Under the pieces are notes generated by a model. It worked only from the letters and a program-made list of their open reading frames with translations, was not told the DNA's origin and ran no database searches. This document shows positions 53,054-62,550 of a DNA stretch of 64,000 nt, piece after piece. The position numbers and the translations under genes are program-made. The stretch's first letter is position 1; the number at the start of each line of letters is the position of its first letter. This stretch comes from Candidatus Hydrogenedentota bacterium (GTDB lineage Bacteria > Hydrogenedentota > Hydrogenedentia > Hydrogenedentales > SLHB01), in the NCBI GenBank assembly GCA_963668025.2, contig CAXXTH010000023.1, positions 32,001 to 96,000 on the forward strand. The letters are read 5' to 3'.

Positions 53054-53539
53054 CTATTTTGGGATAGCCGTGAAAGCATTTAAAACATCAAAAACTTTTC
53101 TTGAATAAATTCGAATGTCGCGAAGAAAAAAATGCTTATTTCCATAGACTGTCTTCTTCCCCATGTCTACAAGAAACATATGTCCTCCACCTCCTCTCAT
53201 TGAGCGTTCGCGAATATGATAAACAAATTGCATTTCACTCAAGAAGTCTATTATAGGAATCGTTACAGTATCAGCAATTATACAGATAAAGAAACCTCTT
53301 CCGATCAGAAAACTTTCTGATTCCTCCTTGAGATAGTTAAATTTTACTCTCCATTCTTCAAAAGCAAGAGCATCAAACAGTCTAAGATCTTTGACCAAAA
53401 TATTCCATTTCACAATTCCTAAATACCGGCGAAATCCAATTAGGTCAAACGAAATCCCCATATGGTTCCCAACATGAAGATTCGTCCATCCACAAGCTGA
53501 AAGGTGGATTTGTAGGAACTCCCACTTCTTACTTTCCAT
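53054..53539 (-). CDS. AT-rich orphan hypothetical protein, 161 aa
   Basis: AGGAGG RBS 9 nt upstream; base composition atypical for the window. Confidence 0.7.
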   Translation of the reverse strand: MESKKWEFLQIHLSACGWTNLHVGNHMGISFDLIGFRRYLGIVKWNILVKDLRLFDALAFEEWRVKFNYLKEESESFLIGRGFFICIIADTVTIPIIDFLSEMQFVYHIRERSMRGGGGHMFLVDMGKKTVYGNKHFFLRDIRIYSRKVFDVLNAFTAIPK

Positions 53540-53549
53540 CCCTTGTAGC

Positions 53550-53641
53550 CTCCTATATCTATGTTTCGCTTAGCGCCAGTGCGGCGCGATAGGATTTCAT
53601 CATATCACGAGGGCAGGGGCCGCCGCACGGCGCAGGCGCAT
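53550..53641 (-). repeat. 92-bp direct repeat, copy 2
   Basis: See copy 1. Confidence 0.92.
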
Positions 53642-53756
53642 CCGTTCGACTTGCACCGGGAAACAGGAGAAGCGCATGGAGGCGCGTGGCGGGCGTCTTG
53701 ACTTTCACATAAAAAATGATATAGTATGAAGGCGTGATACAACCAGGAGAGAAGGC

Positions 53757-54107
53757 ATGCTCTACCAAAAAGAGAATATGAAAGGTGGCGAAATCTTGGA
53801 TTGCCATGATGGCAAAGGCAAGCTGGCGTTTACCGAATTGTTTGGGGCATATGCAGAGGTGGAGAAGGGGTTCGCATACGCGCACGACGATTTATTGGAG
53901 CCGGGCGCATCTATTGGCGAGCATATGCACCAAGGCACTGAGGAGTTGTATTTTGTCGTCGAGGGGCATGGATTCATCATTGAAGACGGGGTGCGGCGCG
54001 AAATCAATGCGGGCGAAATAAGCGTGACGCGCAGCGGGCACTCGCATGGAATCATAAACAGTGAAGACAGTCCTATGAGGCTCATTGTAGTGTGTAACAA
54101 AATGTAG
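53757..54107 (+). CDS. Cupin domain protein
   Basis: PGASIGEH.H...EELY....G.G and GHSHGI.N motifs. Confidence 0.9.
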   Translation: MLYQKENMKGGEILDCHDGKGKLAFTELFGAYAEVEKGFAYAHDDLLEPGASIGEHMHQGTEELYFVVEGHGFIIEDGVRREINAGEISVTRSGHSHGIINSEDSPMRLIVVCNKM

Positions 54108-54119
54108 AGGGGTTGTTTT

Positions 54120-55103
54120 ATGAAGCGGGTGCTGATTATCGGAACAGGCGGCATCGCCCACCGGCATATCGGAGCGCTGGCCAATATCCACGAGATTCAT
54201 ATCGCCAGCGTATGCGATATCCATGCGGAACGCGCCAAGGAATTTGCCGCTCCACTTGGCGCGGCTGTTTTCACCTCAATCGATGAGGCGATGAGCCAAT
54301 CGCAGCCCGACTATGTGATTCTAACGACACCGAGGGAAGTGCGTGAGGAGGCTATTGCCAAATGTATTTCCCATGGGCTTCCGGTTTTTATGGAGAAACC
54401 GCCCTGCCACAACCTATCCGCCGGTGAAAAAATACGGGAAATGCTGGCGTCATCGCAGTTGCTGCACTCGGTCGGTTTCAATACCCGGTGGCATGATTCG
54501 CTCAATGTAGCACTGGGCTGGCTGTCCGGACAGCGCCTATCCAGAATCGCCATCTGCTTCAGCGGCACTTTCGCCGCCCAGCCTATCTGGAAGACCTACG
54601 CGGCTCCTTACTTGGTGGAGCGGTCCGGCGGTTTAGTGGGCGATCAAGGGATCCACTATATTGACATCGCACGCTATATCTCCAAATCAGAAGTGAAGCG
54701 GGTGATGGCCATGGGCTGCAACCAAATACTGCCCAAGTCAGAGCATGTTTCGACCGTAGATGCCGCCGCATGGCTTATGGAGATGGAGAATGGAGTGCTC
54801 GTCAGCCATAACCATACGTGGGGCGCGCCGGGATGGTCGTGCTTAATCGACATGGTGGCGGATGGCGGAATCGTGCGTGTGGATATATGCGCCAACACCG
54901 CCTCGGGCACGGTCAATGGTGAAACGGTTACGCACCAGGGAACGCAAGACGAATTCGAAAACGAGCATCGCGGCTTCTTGCGCGCCGTGGAAGCCGGCGA
55001 TATATCCATCGTTTGCTCACCGTATGCCGATGCGCTGGAATCGTTCCGTGTGGCGGCGAATATCAACAAAATCATTTATGGCGAAACACCGGAGCTGTTA
55101 TAG
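54120..55103 (+). CDS. Gfo/Idh/MocA family oxidoreductase
   Basis: IGTGGIA, EKP, GFN.R, DQGIHYID. Confidence 0.93.
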   Translation: MKRVLIIGTGGIAHRHIGALANIHEIHIASVCDIHAERAKEFAAPLGAAVFTSIDEAMSQSQPDYVILTTPREVREEAIAKCISHGLPVFMEKPPCHNLSAGEKIREMLASSQLLHSVGFNTRWHDSLNVALGWLSGQRLSRIAICFSGTFAAQPIWKTYAAPYLVERSGGLVGDQGIHYIDIARYISKSEVKRVMAMGCNQILPKSEHVSTVDAAAWLMEMENGVLVSHNHTWGAPGWSCLIDMVADGGIVRVDICANTASGTVNGETVTHQGTQDEFENEHRGFLRAVEAGDISIVCSPYADALESFRVAANINKIIYGETPELL

Positions 55104-55136
55104 AAACACAGTAATTTGAAATAAGGGAGAGAATAG

Positions 55137-57953
55137 ATGAGCATGCGAACTCTTCAATACCCTATTTTCGGCGCAGTTCTATTAGCGCTACTCGAGTGGC
55201 CCGCGCTGGCGGATACGAATGCCGTAGTTGAAAACAAATACTTCCGGTTTGAGCTGGGTTCTGATGCGCAAACAAAAGCCTTCATCGACAAAAGCACCGG
55301 GCGGAACTGGTGCGCACCCGGTCCGGCGGCCTCGGTTGAGATGGACGAAAAGGTATACCCCGCCACCAGTGCGGCGGTTCAAGGAAATATTATTACTTAT
55401 GCTTTCGGCTCCACCGGCGTAACCGCAAGCGTGAAATTGGAATCGCAAGAAGACAGCGCCACGTTCGAGCTGGTCGAGCTAACCGGGCCAAATGTATTTC
55501 GGCTCCATTTTCTCATCGTGGATTTTGGACTCAAGGGGGAAGTGGCAGACCCCTTTGCGGCGTGCGGGCTGGGTTGCAACCTAATAACGATGACCGAGGA
55601 GATTCCCGGGCATACCAAGGGCATCCATGCGTATGTGTTTCCCCGTCTCGGATGGAAAGGCGCGAAAGTGATGGTGGCCGCTGCTCCCACCGGCCAATAT
55701 AGGGAGCTTTTGAAAAAAGTGGTGCCCATCAGCGGCATGGCCTATTCAAAACTAGGCGGTCCTTGGGCCCTGGATGCGCCCCAAAACCGGGGCTCCTATC
55801 TCATCGATTTCGGAGGTGAAGTAGGCGAGAATAATATTGATGAATGGATCAATCTGGCGCATGCGCTTGGCGCTAAGCAGATTGATTTCCACACGGGTAA
55901 ATCGATGCGCTTTGGGGATTATGTTCCGAATCCTAAGAATTATCCGAATGGAAAAGAGGGAGTCAAAGCGGTCATCGATAAAATGCACCAGGCAGGGCTT
56001 CTCGCTGGATTGCATACCTATTCGCAGTTTGTGGCGAAGGATTCTCGATTTGTGACGCCCGTGCCAGATCCCAGGCTTGCGAAATTGAAACATTTTACGC
56101 TGAGTTCGGATATTTCAGTGGATGCAAGCGAGATCCCTGTGGATGAATCCACTGCGGATGTCTCGATGATTACCGGCTTTTTTCTGATCAACAGCACCAC
56201 CGTCCAAATCGGAAACGAGTTGATTAACTTCAAAGGCGTGTCGAAAGAACCTCCGTATAAGTTTACAGAATGTGAACGCGGCGCATTCGGTACGAAAGCG
56301 GAGGCGCACGCCAAAGGAGCGGACACGAGCCTGCTCAAACAAATGTTCGAGCTGTTTGTTCCTGATTCCTCGACGGATTTTGTCGAGGAAGTCGCCAGGC
56401 AAACCGCTGAAGTCTACAACGATTGCGGATTTGACATGATCTATCTGGATGCGCTCGATGGCTCCTATTCGTGCAGTATGATCGGAACGGACCATACCCC
56501 TATCGCGACGCGTTTCACATGGGAGTTAAATCGCAATCTGAAGAAACCCGCGATCATGGAGATGAGCACATTTTCGTCTCCCTTGTGGGGTATGCGGAGC
56601 CGGATTGGCGCATGGGATTCCACGATCAAGGCGTTTAAAACGAATTATGATATCCACGCCAGCGCGAATGCAACGCAAAGTGGCAATTTATTGCCAAGCC
56701 ACATGGGGTGGTGGTCCATATATGTACTCAATCGTGAAATGGATGGCATGCAGCCGGAGAGCGTTTATACGGACCATGTCGAGCTCATGTGTACTCGGGC
56801 GCTTGCATACGACTCGTCACTGTCCTATCTTCTAGGCTTTACAATAGAAAACTACAAAAGACTCGAGCATACCCGGCGTCTCTGCGCCTTGATCAAGCAG
56901 TATGAAGAATTGCGATTAGGCAATTACTTCTCGCCTTCCACTCGCGAAAAACTCAAACAACCGGGCAGCGAGTTTACGCTGCAACGGCGTCCAGGCGGCG
57001 GCTGGCGGTTTTCCCCTGCCCATTATGACAAGCATGTGGTGAGCCAAAACAATGCACAAACCCATACATGGGCCGTTGAGAATCCATATAAAAAACAGCC
57101 CGTGAAGCTCCGCATCGAAGCGCTGAGTTCCATGGAAGGGTATGATTCTAGCAACGCAATAGTGCTCGCCGAACCCAGGGAATGGGCCGACCCGGAATCG
57201 ACGGAAGGCGTTTCAGGAAAAGTGGAAGCCAGTGATGGCTGTTGGGATTCCACTTCTGGCTCGACATTGCATCTGGCCGCAACAAATACGACGGACAACC
57301 TCAAAGGCTCCTGGTTCCGCGTGAGCAAAACCTTCACCCCTGATGTGGACATCCGGCATAAAGGGATGGGCTTGATGGTGGAAGGGGATGGAAGCGGCGC
57401 ATCGTTATGGGTGGAATTGGCGAGTCCCAGCCATATGGCGGCGGGCGCTAGCTTGCACCTGATCAAACTCGATTTTACCGGATGGCAATACTTCGAGCTG
57501 GTCGAACTGGAAGGAGATGCGGCTGCAAGTTACACATGGCCGGGCAACACGCGTGCATATGAAAACTGGGTGTCATATGAACATATACACACCATACGCT
57601 TATATATGCGCGATCTCCCAGTGAACACCCCCGTGAAATGTGCGGTATCCACCATAAAAGCGTTGCCGTTGTCTTCATCGGTGACACGCAATCCTTTTGT
57701 CACCGTGAACAACGAGCGGCTCATGTTCCCCGTGGAGATGAAACGCGGCTATTTCCTCGAGTTCAATTCCATTAAGGACTGCAAACTGTATGATGGCGTC
57801 GGCTCGTTCGTGGGCGATATTCAGCCTGAAGGAAACGTCCCCGATTTACAAAAAGGCCAGAATGCCCTTTCTTTTGGCTGCACATCAGAAAACGAAGGGA
57901 GAGCATTACACCGGGTGGTCACCATCAGTACGGGAAAACCGCTTCCAAAATAA
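55137..57953 (+). CDS. Large secreted protein, possible uncharacterised glycoside hydrolase
   Basis: Signal peptide; TIM-barrel-like core (GLHTY, DMIYLDALD); CBM-like C-terminal region (GDGSG...DFTGWQYF). Confidence 0.7.
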   Translation: MSMRTLQYPIFGAVLLALLEWPALADTNAVVENKYFRFELGSDAQTKAFIDKSTGRNWCAPGPAASVEMDEKVYPATSAAVQGNIITYAFGSTGVTASVKLESQEDSATFELVELTGPNVFRLHFLIVDFGLKGEVADPFAACGLGCNLITMTEEIPGHTKGIHAYVFPRLGWKGAKVMVAAAPTGQYRELLKKVVPISGMAYSKLGGPWALDAPQNRGSYLIDFGGEVGENNIDEWINLAHALGAKQIDFHTGKSMRFGDYVPNPKNYPNGKEGVKAVIDKMHQAGLLAGLHTYSQFVAKDSRFVTPVPDPRLAKLKHFTLSSDISVDASEIPVDESTADVSMITGFFLINSTTVQIGNELINFKGVSKEPPYKFTECERGAFGTKAEAHAKGADTSLLKQMFELFVPDSSTDFVEEVARQTAEVYNDCGFDMIYLDALDGSYSCSMIGTDHTPIATRFTWELNRNLKKPAIMEMSTFSSPLWGMRSRIGAWDSTIKAFKTNYDIHASANATQSGNLLPSHMGWWSIYVLNREMDGMQPESVYTDHVELMCTRALAYDSSLSYLLGFTIENYKRLEHTRRLCALIKQYEELRLGNYFSPSTREKLKQPGSEFTLQRRPGGGWRFSPAHYDKHVVSQNNAQTHTWAVENPYKKQPVKLRIEALSSMEGYDSSNAIVLAEPREWADPESTEGVSGKVEASDGCWDSTSGSTLHLAATNTTDNLKGSWFRVSKTFTPDVDIRHKGMGLMVEGDGSGASLWVELASPSHMAAGASLHLIKLDFTGWQYFELVELEGDAAASYTWPGNTRAYENWVSYEHIHTIRLYMRDLPVNTPVKCAVSTIKALPLSSSVTRNPFVTVNNERLMFPVEMKRGYFLEFNSIKDCKLYDGVGSFVGDIQPEGNVPDLQKGQNALSFGCTSENEGRALHRVVTISTGKPLPK

Positions 57954-57966
57954 CGCATGAGTTTAA

Positions 57967-58020
57967 AATGGGCGGATTTTAGGCTATTGCTTTATCGCAA
58001 GGCCCAAAAATCCGCCCATT
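57967..58020. terminator. Long hairpin downstream of the operon
   Basis: AATGGGCGGATTTT / AAAATCCGCCCATT inverted repeat; no clear U-tract. Confidence 0.55.
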
Positions 58021-58249
58021 CGCATGCAGCGTACAGAATCGCTGTTGGCGGGTAAGCGCCACATTCTCTATTTATCTATTTCGGATTGTCTTCCTAGTTT
58101 AAGCCCTACCTCTTGTTGCACACAGTATGTGAATCCAGGATGCCCTCAAACCTTGCGTTACATCCGCCACATTTGCTATCATCTCTTCGATACATGGACT
58201 TATGCGGCGCATATTAAATAAGCGTCCATACTCCACCTATCATACAGGT

Positions 58250-58327
<78 letters not shown>

Positions 58328-58625
58328 TTTTAAGGCTTTGAGCCTCAAGGACTTACAAAAGATGGTCTTTGGGGCTTTTTGCTTGCCATTTTCGCTGGGG
58401 AGCCATAGGGGATCCAGCAGCTTTCCAAAAACTCGCCTATCCCGAGGAAACTCGCAAAATACATCCGTCAAGCCGCTACTTGTCTTGTGGGTCAATTCGC
58501 CCGGTTGGCTGTTGCCGCTGTGATAGGCTAAACTGCCCGCAAGCGTTTTTCGATGGTTTGCGCAGAGGGATATCCCGTTGAATCTGGTTTCGAGTTCATC
58601 GGAGCCGGGGGAGCACGTGGTTGAT

Positions 58626-60137
58626 ATGAAACTAGCGCTACTTGATAGCATTGTTTTGTTCATCTATGTTTTTAGCATTGTGCTTTTCGGCTCCTGGTTT
58701 GTGAAGCGCAATCGCAATGCTGAGGCGTTCACGTCGGCGCGCCACTCCGTGCCTGGATGGGCCGTGGGGCTGTCAATCTTCGGCACGTATGTGAGCAGCA
58801 TCAGTTTTTTGGCTCTGCCGGGAAAGGCTCTAGTCACGAACTGGAATCCTTTCGTTTTCAGCCTGGGCCTGCCCGTGGCGGCGTGGTTTGCCGTGAAGTT
58901 TTTCGTTCCTTTCTACCGAAAAGGGGGAGACATTTCCGCCTACAGCCACCTTGAAAAGCGCTTTGGCGTGTGGGCGCGCACCTACGCAGGGGGATGTTAT
59001 CTGCTGACCCAGGTCGCCCGGATGGGTTCCGTCATGTACTTGCTGGCGCTACCGCTGCATCAATTGCTGGACTGGGATGTGCGGCTCATCATCATAGGGA
59101 CAGGGCTGCTGGTCACTGTATTCACTATGCTAGGCGGTATCGAAGGCGTTATCTGGACGGACGCCCTTCAGAGCGTGATTCTGATCGTAGGCGCACTGGC
59201 ATGTGCCGTGCTGATCCCTTTGAAGATGCCGGGCGGCCCGCCCCAGCTCTTCCACATAGCCGCTGAACACGGTAAATTCAGCCTGGGGACTTTTAGCCCA
59301 AGCCTTGCGGAGTCCACTTTTTGGGTTGTGCTGGTGTACAGCATCGTGATCAACCTGCAGAATTTCGGCATTGATCAGAGTTATGTGCAACGGTATCTAG
59401 TGGCCAAATCCGACCGCGACGCCCGGCGCTCCGTGTGGCTGGGCGCACTCTTGTACCTGCCAGTATCAGCGGTATTTTTCTTCATCGGCTCGTCTTTGTT
59501 TGCTTTCTACTCGGTGAATCCGGATCTGCTTCCCGAGGCTATCCAACTAGAAGTGGCTAGAGGGAAAGGCGACACGGTGTTTCCTTATTATATCGTTCAT
59601 GAACTGCCTGCCGGCATGACCGGGCTTCTTATCGCGGCCATTTTTTCGGCGGCGGTGAGCACTTTGAGCACGAGCCTGAATTGCTCCGCCACATTGACAC
59701 TGACGGATCTATATCAGCGTTATTTGCGTCCTAAAACCAGCGAAAAGGAGAGCATGGCGGTGCTGTATCTGAGCACGCTGTGCTGGGGAGTGCTCGGGAC
59801 AGTAGTGGCGCTGGCCATGATCCGTGTGCAGAGCGCTCTAGACGCCTGGTGGCAATTGTCGGGCATCTTCGGTGGAGGCATGTTGGGCCTCTTCCTGCTG
59901 GGCATAGTGTCCCGCCGCGCCAACAATCCTGTGGCCGTGACATCCGTTCTTATAGGCATTCTCGTGATTGTATGGATGACCTTCTCACCTAAATGGGAGG
60001 GAGGCCTTGAGGCGTTGCGCAGTCCCTTCCATAGTTTTATGACTATTGTCGTGGGCACTTTGGCCATTCTACTGTGTGGCCTGCTCTTTAGCCGGTTTTG
60101 CCGCCGTCCTAACGCGGGAGCGTACGAGTCTTCATGA
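58626..60137 (+). CDS. Sodium:solute symporter (sialic acid/sugar SSS type)
   Basis: [41 protein letters not shown]. Confidence 0.93.
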   Translation: MKLALLDSIVLFIYVFSIVLFGSWFVKRNRNAEAFTSARHSVPGWAVGLSIFGTYVSSISFLALPGKALVTNWNPFVFSLGLPVAAWFAVKFFVPFYRKGGDISAYSHLEKRFGVWARTYAGGCYLLTQVARMGSVMYLLALPLHQLLDWDVRLIIIGTGLLVTVFTMLGGIEGVIWTDALQSVILIVGALACAVLIPLKMPGGPPQLFHIAAEHGKFSLGTFSPSLAESTFWVVLVYSIVINLQNFGIDQSYVQRYLVAKSDRDARRSVWLGALLYLPVSAVFFFIGSSLFAFYSVNPDLLPEAIQLEVARGKGDTVFPYYIVHELPAGMTGLLIAAIFSAAVSTLSTSLNCSATLTLTDLYQRYLRPKTSEKESMAVLYLSTLCWGVLGTVVALAMIRVQSALDAWWQLSGIFGGGMLGLFLLGIVSRRANNPVAVTSVLIGILVIVWMTFSPKWEGGLEALRSPFHSFMTIVVGTLAILLCGLLFSRFCRRPNAGAYESS

Positions 60138-61195
60138 CGCTTGAGCAAAAAAAAGGAGTCCACCGAAACTTCTGGGAAGGAAATGGGCCTTCGCTGATAC
60201 TCATTCCATCGGAGAATGGAGCCCTATATGACATGGCTGGGTATCAAGAGCGCTTTCACAATCCCCGGCTGATGTGGGCCCATGAAATGGAACGGGCCTG
60301 TTCGGGCATCGATTGGCCAACGGATGGCATTCCCTGCGTGCGGCCCAACTTAGGTGTCGTATTCATTCCGGTTACAATGGGACAAACGTACGAGATTCGC
60401 GAGGAACAGATGCCATGGCCCGGCGCTCACTTGTCCTACGATGCGATACAACGAGGAGCCCAGATCGACCTGATTCGGAGCTTCACGATGAGGCTTGCGA
60501 AGGAGTTTTACTCGGCCCACGAGAAAAGTGGCGATGCTGCTACATGCCCTTATCTGCCCGATACGCAGGGTGTGTTAGATTTAGCGCACATTCTTGCGGG
60601 TGATGAACTGTTGCATATGGTCTTGCTGGAGCCGGAATGGGTGGACGAATTGATGGAAGTTGTCCTAGAGCGATATGTCGAGGTGACGCTCGCCATCAAG
60701 GCCCTCATTGGGGAGCCGGAAGGGGAAATGGTCCATGCCCACGGCACGCCACAAGGAGTCTATTTTCCGCACGCGGGCGTGCGCCTTTCCGAAGACTCAG
60801 CGACCTTGCTTTCACCGCAGCTCATCGAGCGGTTTGTGCTGCCCGCAATCGAGCGGGTGGGAAAGAGGTTCGGCGGCGTTTTTGTCCATTATTGCGGCCG
60901 CCACGAGGCGCTGTTCGATATGCTGTGCCGTATGGCCTGTGTGCGGGCCATCGATCTGGGGAATCCCGAGTTCTACGATTCGCGCTGGCTTATGGAGATA
61001 TGCGCCAGCACGGAAACAGCGCTGTATAGCCGCCTGGCGGCGCAGGATGGAGAAGAATGGGAGGCCTACACGCGGCGCTTGGGAGGGCTGGTGCGCGAAA
61101 CGGGCGCGCGCTGTATCTTACGTCCCCTTGTGTTTCCTGAATCCCGACAAGCGTGTGCGGAAATGCTGCATCTTTGGCATGAACTGACGGCATAA
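60134..61195 (+). CDS. URO-D / MtaA-CmuA methyltransferase-like TIM-barrel protein
   Basis: DTQG.LD.A, SEDS..LLSP...E.F.LP, VHYCG. Confidence 0.75.
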   Translation: MTLEQKKGVHRNFWEGNGPSLILIPSENGALYDMAGYQERFHNPRLMWAHEMERACSGIDWPTDGIPCVRPNLGVVFIPVTMGQTYEIREEQMPWPGAHLSYDAIQRGAQIDLIRSFTMRLAKEFYSAHEKSGDAATCPYLPDTQGVLDLAHILAGDELLHMVLLEPEWVDELMEVVLERYVEVTLAIKALIGEPEGEMVHAHGTPQGVYFPHAGVRLSEDSATLLSPQLIERFVLPAIERVGKRFGGVFVHYCGRHEALFDMLCRMACVRAIDLGNPEFYDSRWLMEICASTETALYSRLAAQDGEEWEAYTRRLGGLVRETGARCILRPLVFPESRQACAEMLHLWHELTA

Positions 61196-61207
61196 TAAAA
61201 GGTAATA

Positions 61208-62299
61208 ATGTCTCAAACGCCTCAACAACTCATCAGCTACATTGCTCCTGGCGCGCCAGCGCGGCGCAAACCCGCCACTGGCGATGAGCCTTATCTACGT
61301 CCAGAGATTGGCTTCACGCCCAAGTGGTTCCGGCAACGCCTGGACATCGACTTTGGGGCTTCATGGCACACGAACCCGGCGTATCGCCGTGATACGGTGG
61401 TGTCGATGCGCGATGAACTGCTACGCCGGTTTCCAGGATTTCAGTTCTCTTGGATGGATGAGGGCGCCCTCGATCTTCTGACAGGTATGTACGGTGGATG
61501 CCCCATTCCGGCCATCTTCGGCATGGAAACGCTCTTTTCCCGCGATGGATGGCCGGATGCGAAACGGGCCTATATCGGCGAGGATGAAATGGCGCGCCTT
61601 CAGGCTCCCGACTTGGACGTCAATCCGTTCTTTCAGGAAATGATGCGCCAGGTGGACTGGATTGCCCAGCGCGAAGTCCAGGTGAACGGCTATATCAACT
61701 GGCAGGGCATTCTGAACAACGCACTGCGCCTCCGGGGAGACCAGATACTCACGGATCTCCTCGTTTGGCCTGAAAAGTGCCGCCATTTATTCGACTGTAT
61801 CCGCGACACCATGGTGGAAGCCGCTCGAAGGTTGCAGCAGAGAAAGAAGGATACAGGTGTGCATGAAAATTTCATCACGGTCAGCAATTGCGCGGTGAAC
61901 ATGGTTACTCCGCAAATGTACCGAGAGCACTTGCTACCCTATGATGTGGAATTGGCGGAGATCTTCGGCTGCATAGGGATTCATAATTGCGCATGGCCTG
62001 CTACGCCCTATCTGGACGCCTATGCCGAGATTTCCTATGTGGGTTACATTGATATGGGGCTAGATTCCGATCTGGCACGGGCGCGGGAGCTCTTTCCCAC
62101 GGCCCGGCGTGCGCTGATGTACACGCCCATGGACCTGGCGGCCAAGACGGAAGATGCCATCAGCAATGACTTGCGCCGAATCGCATGCGAATATGGGCCT
62201 TGCGATGTCGTGGCGGCCGATATCGAGGCCGGTACGCCGGATCAACGAGTGCAATGGTTTCTCGATCAATGTTCAGTGTTGAGCGCTGAATTTCTATAA
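61208..62299 (+). CDS. URO-D / methyltransferase-like TIM-barrel protein
   Basis: QG.LN.A..LRG, NC...M..P..Y....LPYD, IHNC, I..GTP. Confidence 0.72.
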   Translation: MSQTPQQLISYIAPGAPARRKPATGDEPYLRPEIGFTPKWFRQRLDIDFGASWHTNPAYRRDTVVSMRDELLRRFPGFQFSWMDEGALDLLTGMYGGCPIPAIFGMETLFSRDGWPDAKRAYIGEDEMARLQAPDLDVNPFFQEMMRQVDWIAQREVQVNGYINWQGILNNALRLRGDQILTDLLVWPEKCRHLFDCIRDTMVEAARRLQQRKKDTGVHENFITVSNCAVNMVTPQMYREHLLPYDVELAEIFGCIGIHNCAWPATPYLDAYAEISYVGYIDMGLDSDLARARELFPTARRALMYTPMDLAAKTEDAISNDLRRIACEYGPCDVVAADIEAGTPDQRVQWFLDQCSVLSAEFL

Positions 62300-62445
62300 A
62301 AAAGAACATGGGTAGATAAAGAAGCGTCCATTGCACGTGCATGTTTCTTGTAGCGGTCGTTTGTTTAGGCTGCCGTAAAAGGCGTCCTCAGAACCAGGCT
62401 CATTGATTACGGTTATGCCGCGCGTGGAACCATGCATTCTTTGCG

Positions 62446-62541
62446 TCTTGGCGGCTTTGCGTGAGATATATAACTAAAAGTTATACATGTTACGACCACC
62501 TGTACGCCCAACCAATTTGTACACACGCAAAGCCGCCAAGA
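62446..62541. repeat. 18-bp inverted repeat TCTTGGCGGCTTTGCGTG / CACGCAAAGCCGCCAAGA (CGCAAAG periodic family)
   Basis: Arms at 62446-62463 and 62524-62541 between convergent genes. Confidence 0.8.
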
Positions 62542-62550
62542 ATGACGATG

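Noticed and set aside
58328-58400. Integrative element attachment site at tRNA-Pro
   Set aside because: No integrase and no duplicated tRNA 3' end within the window
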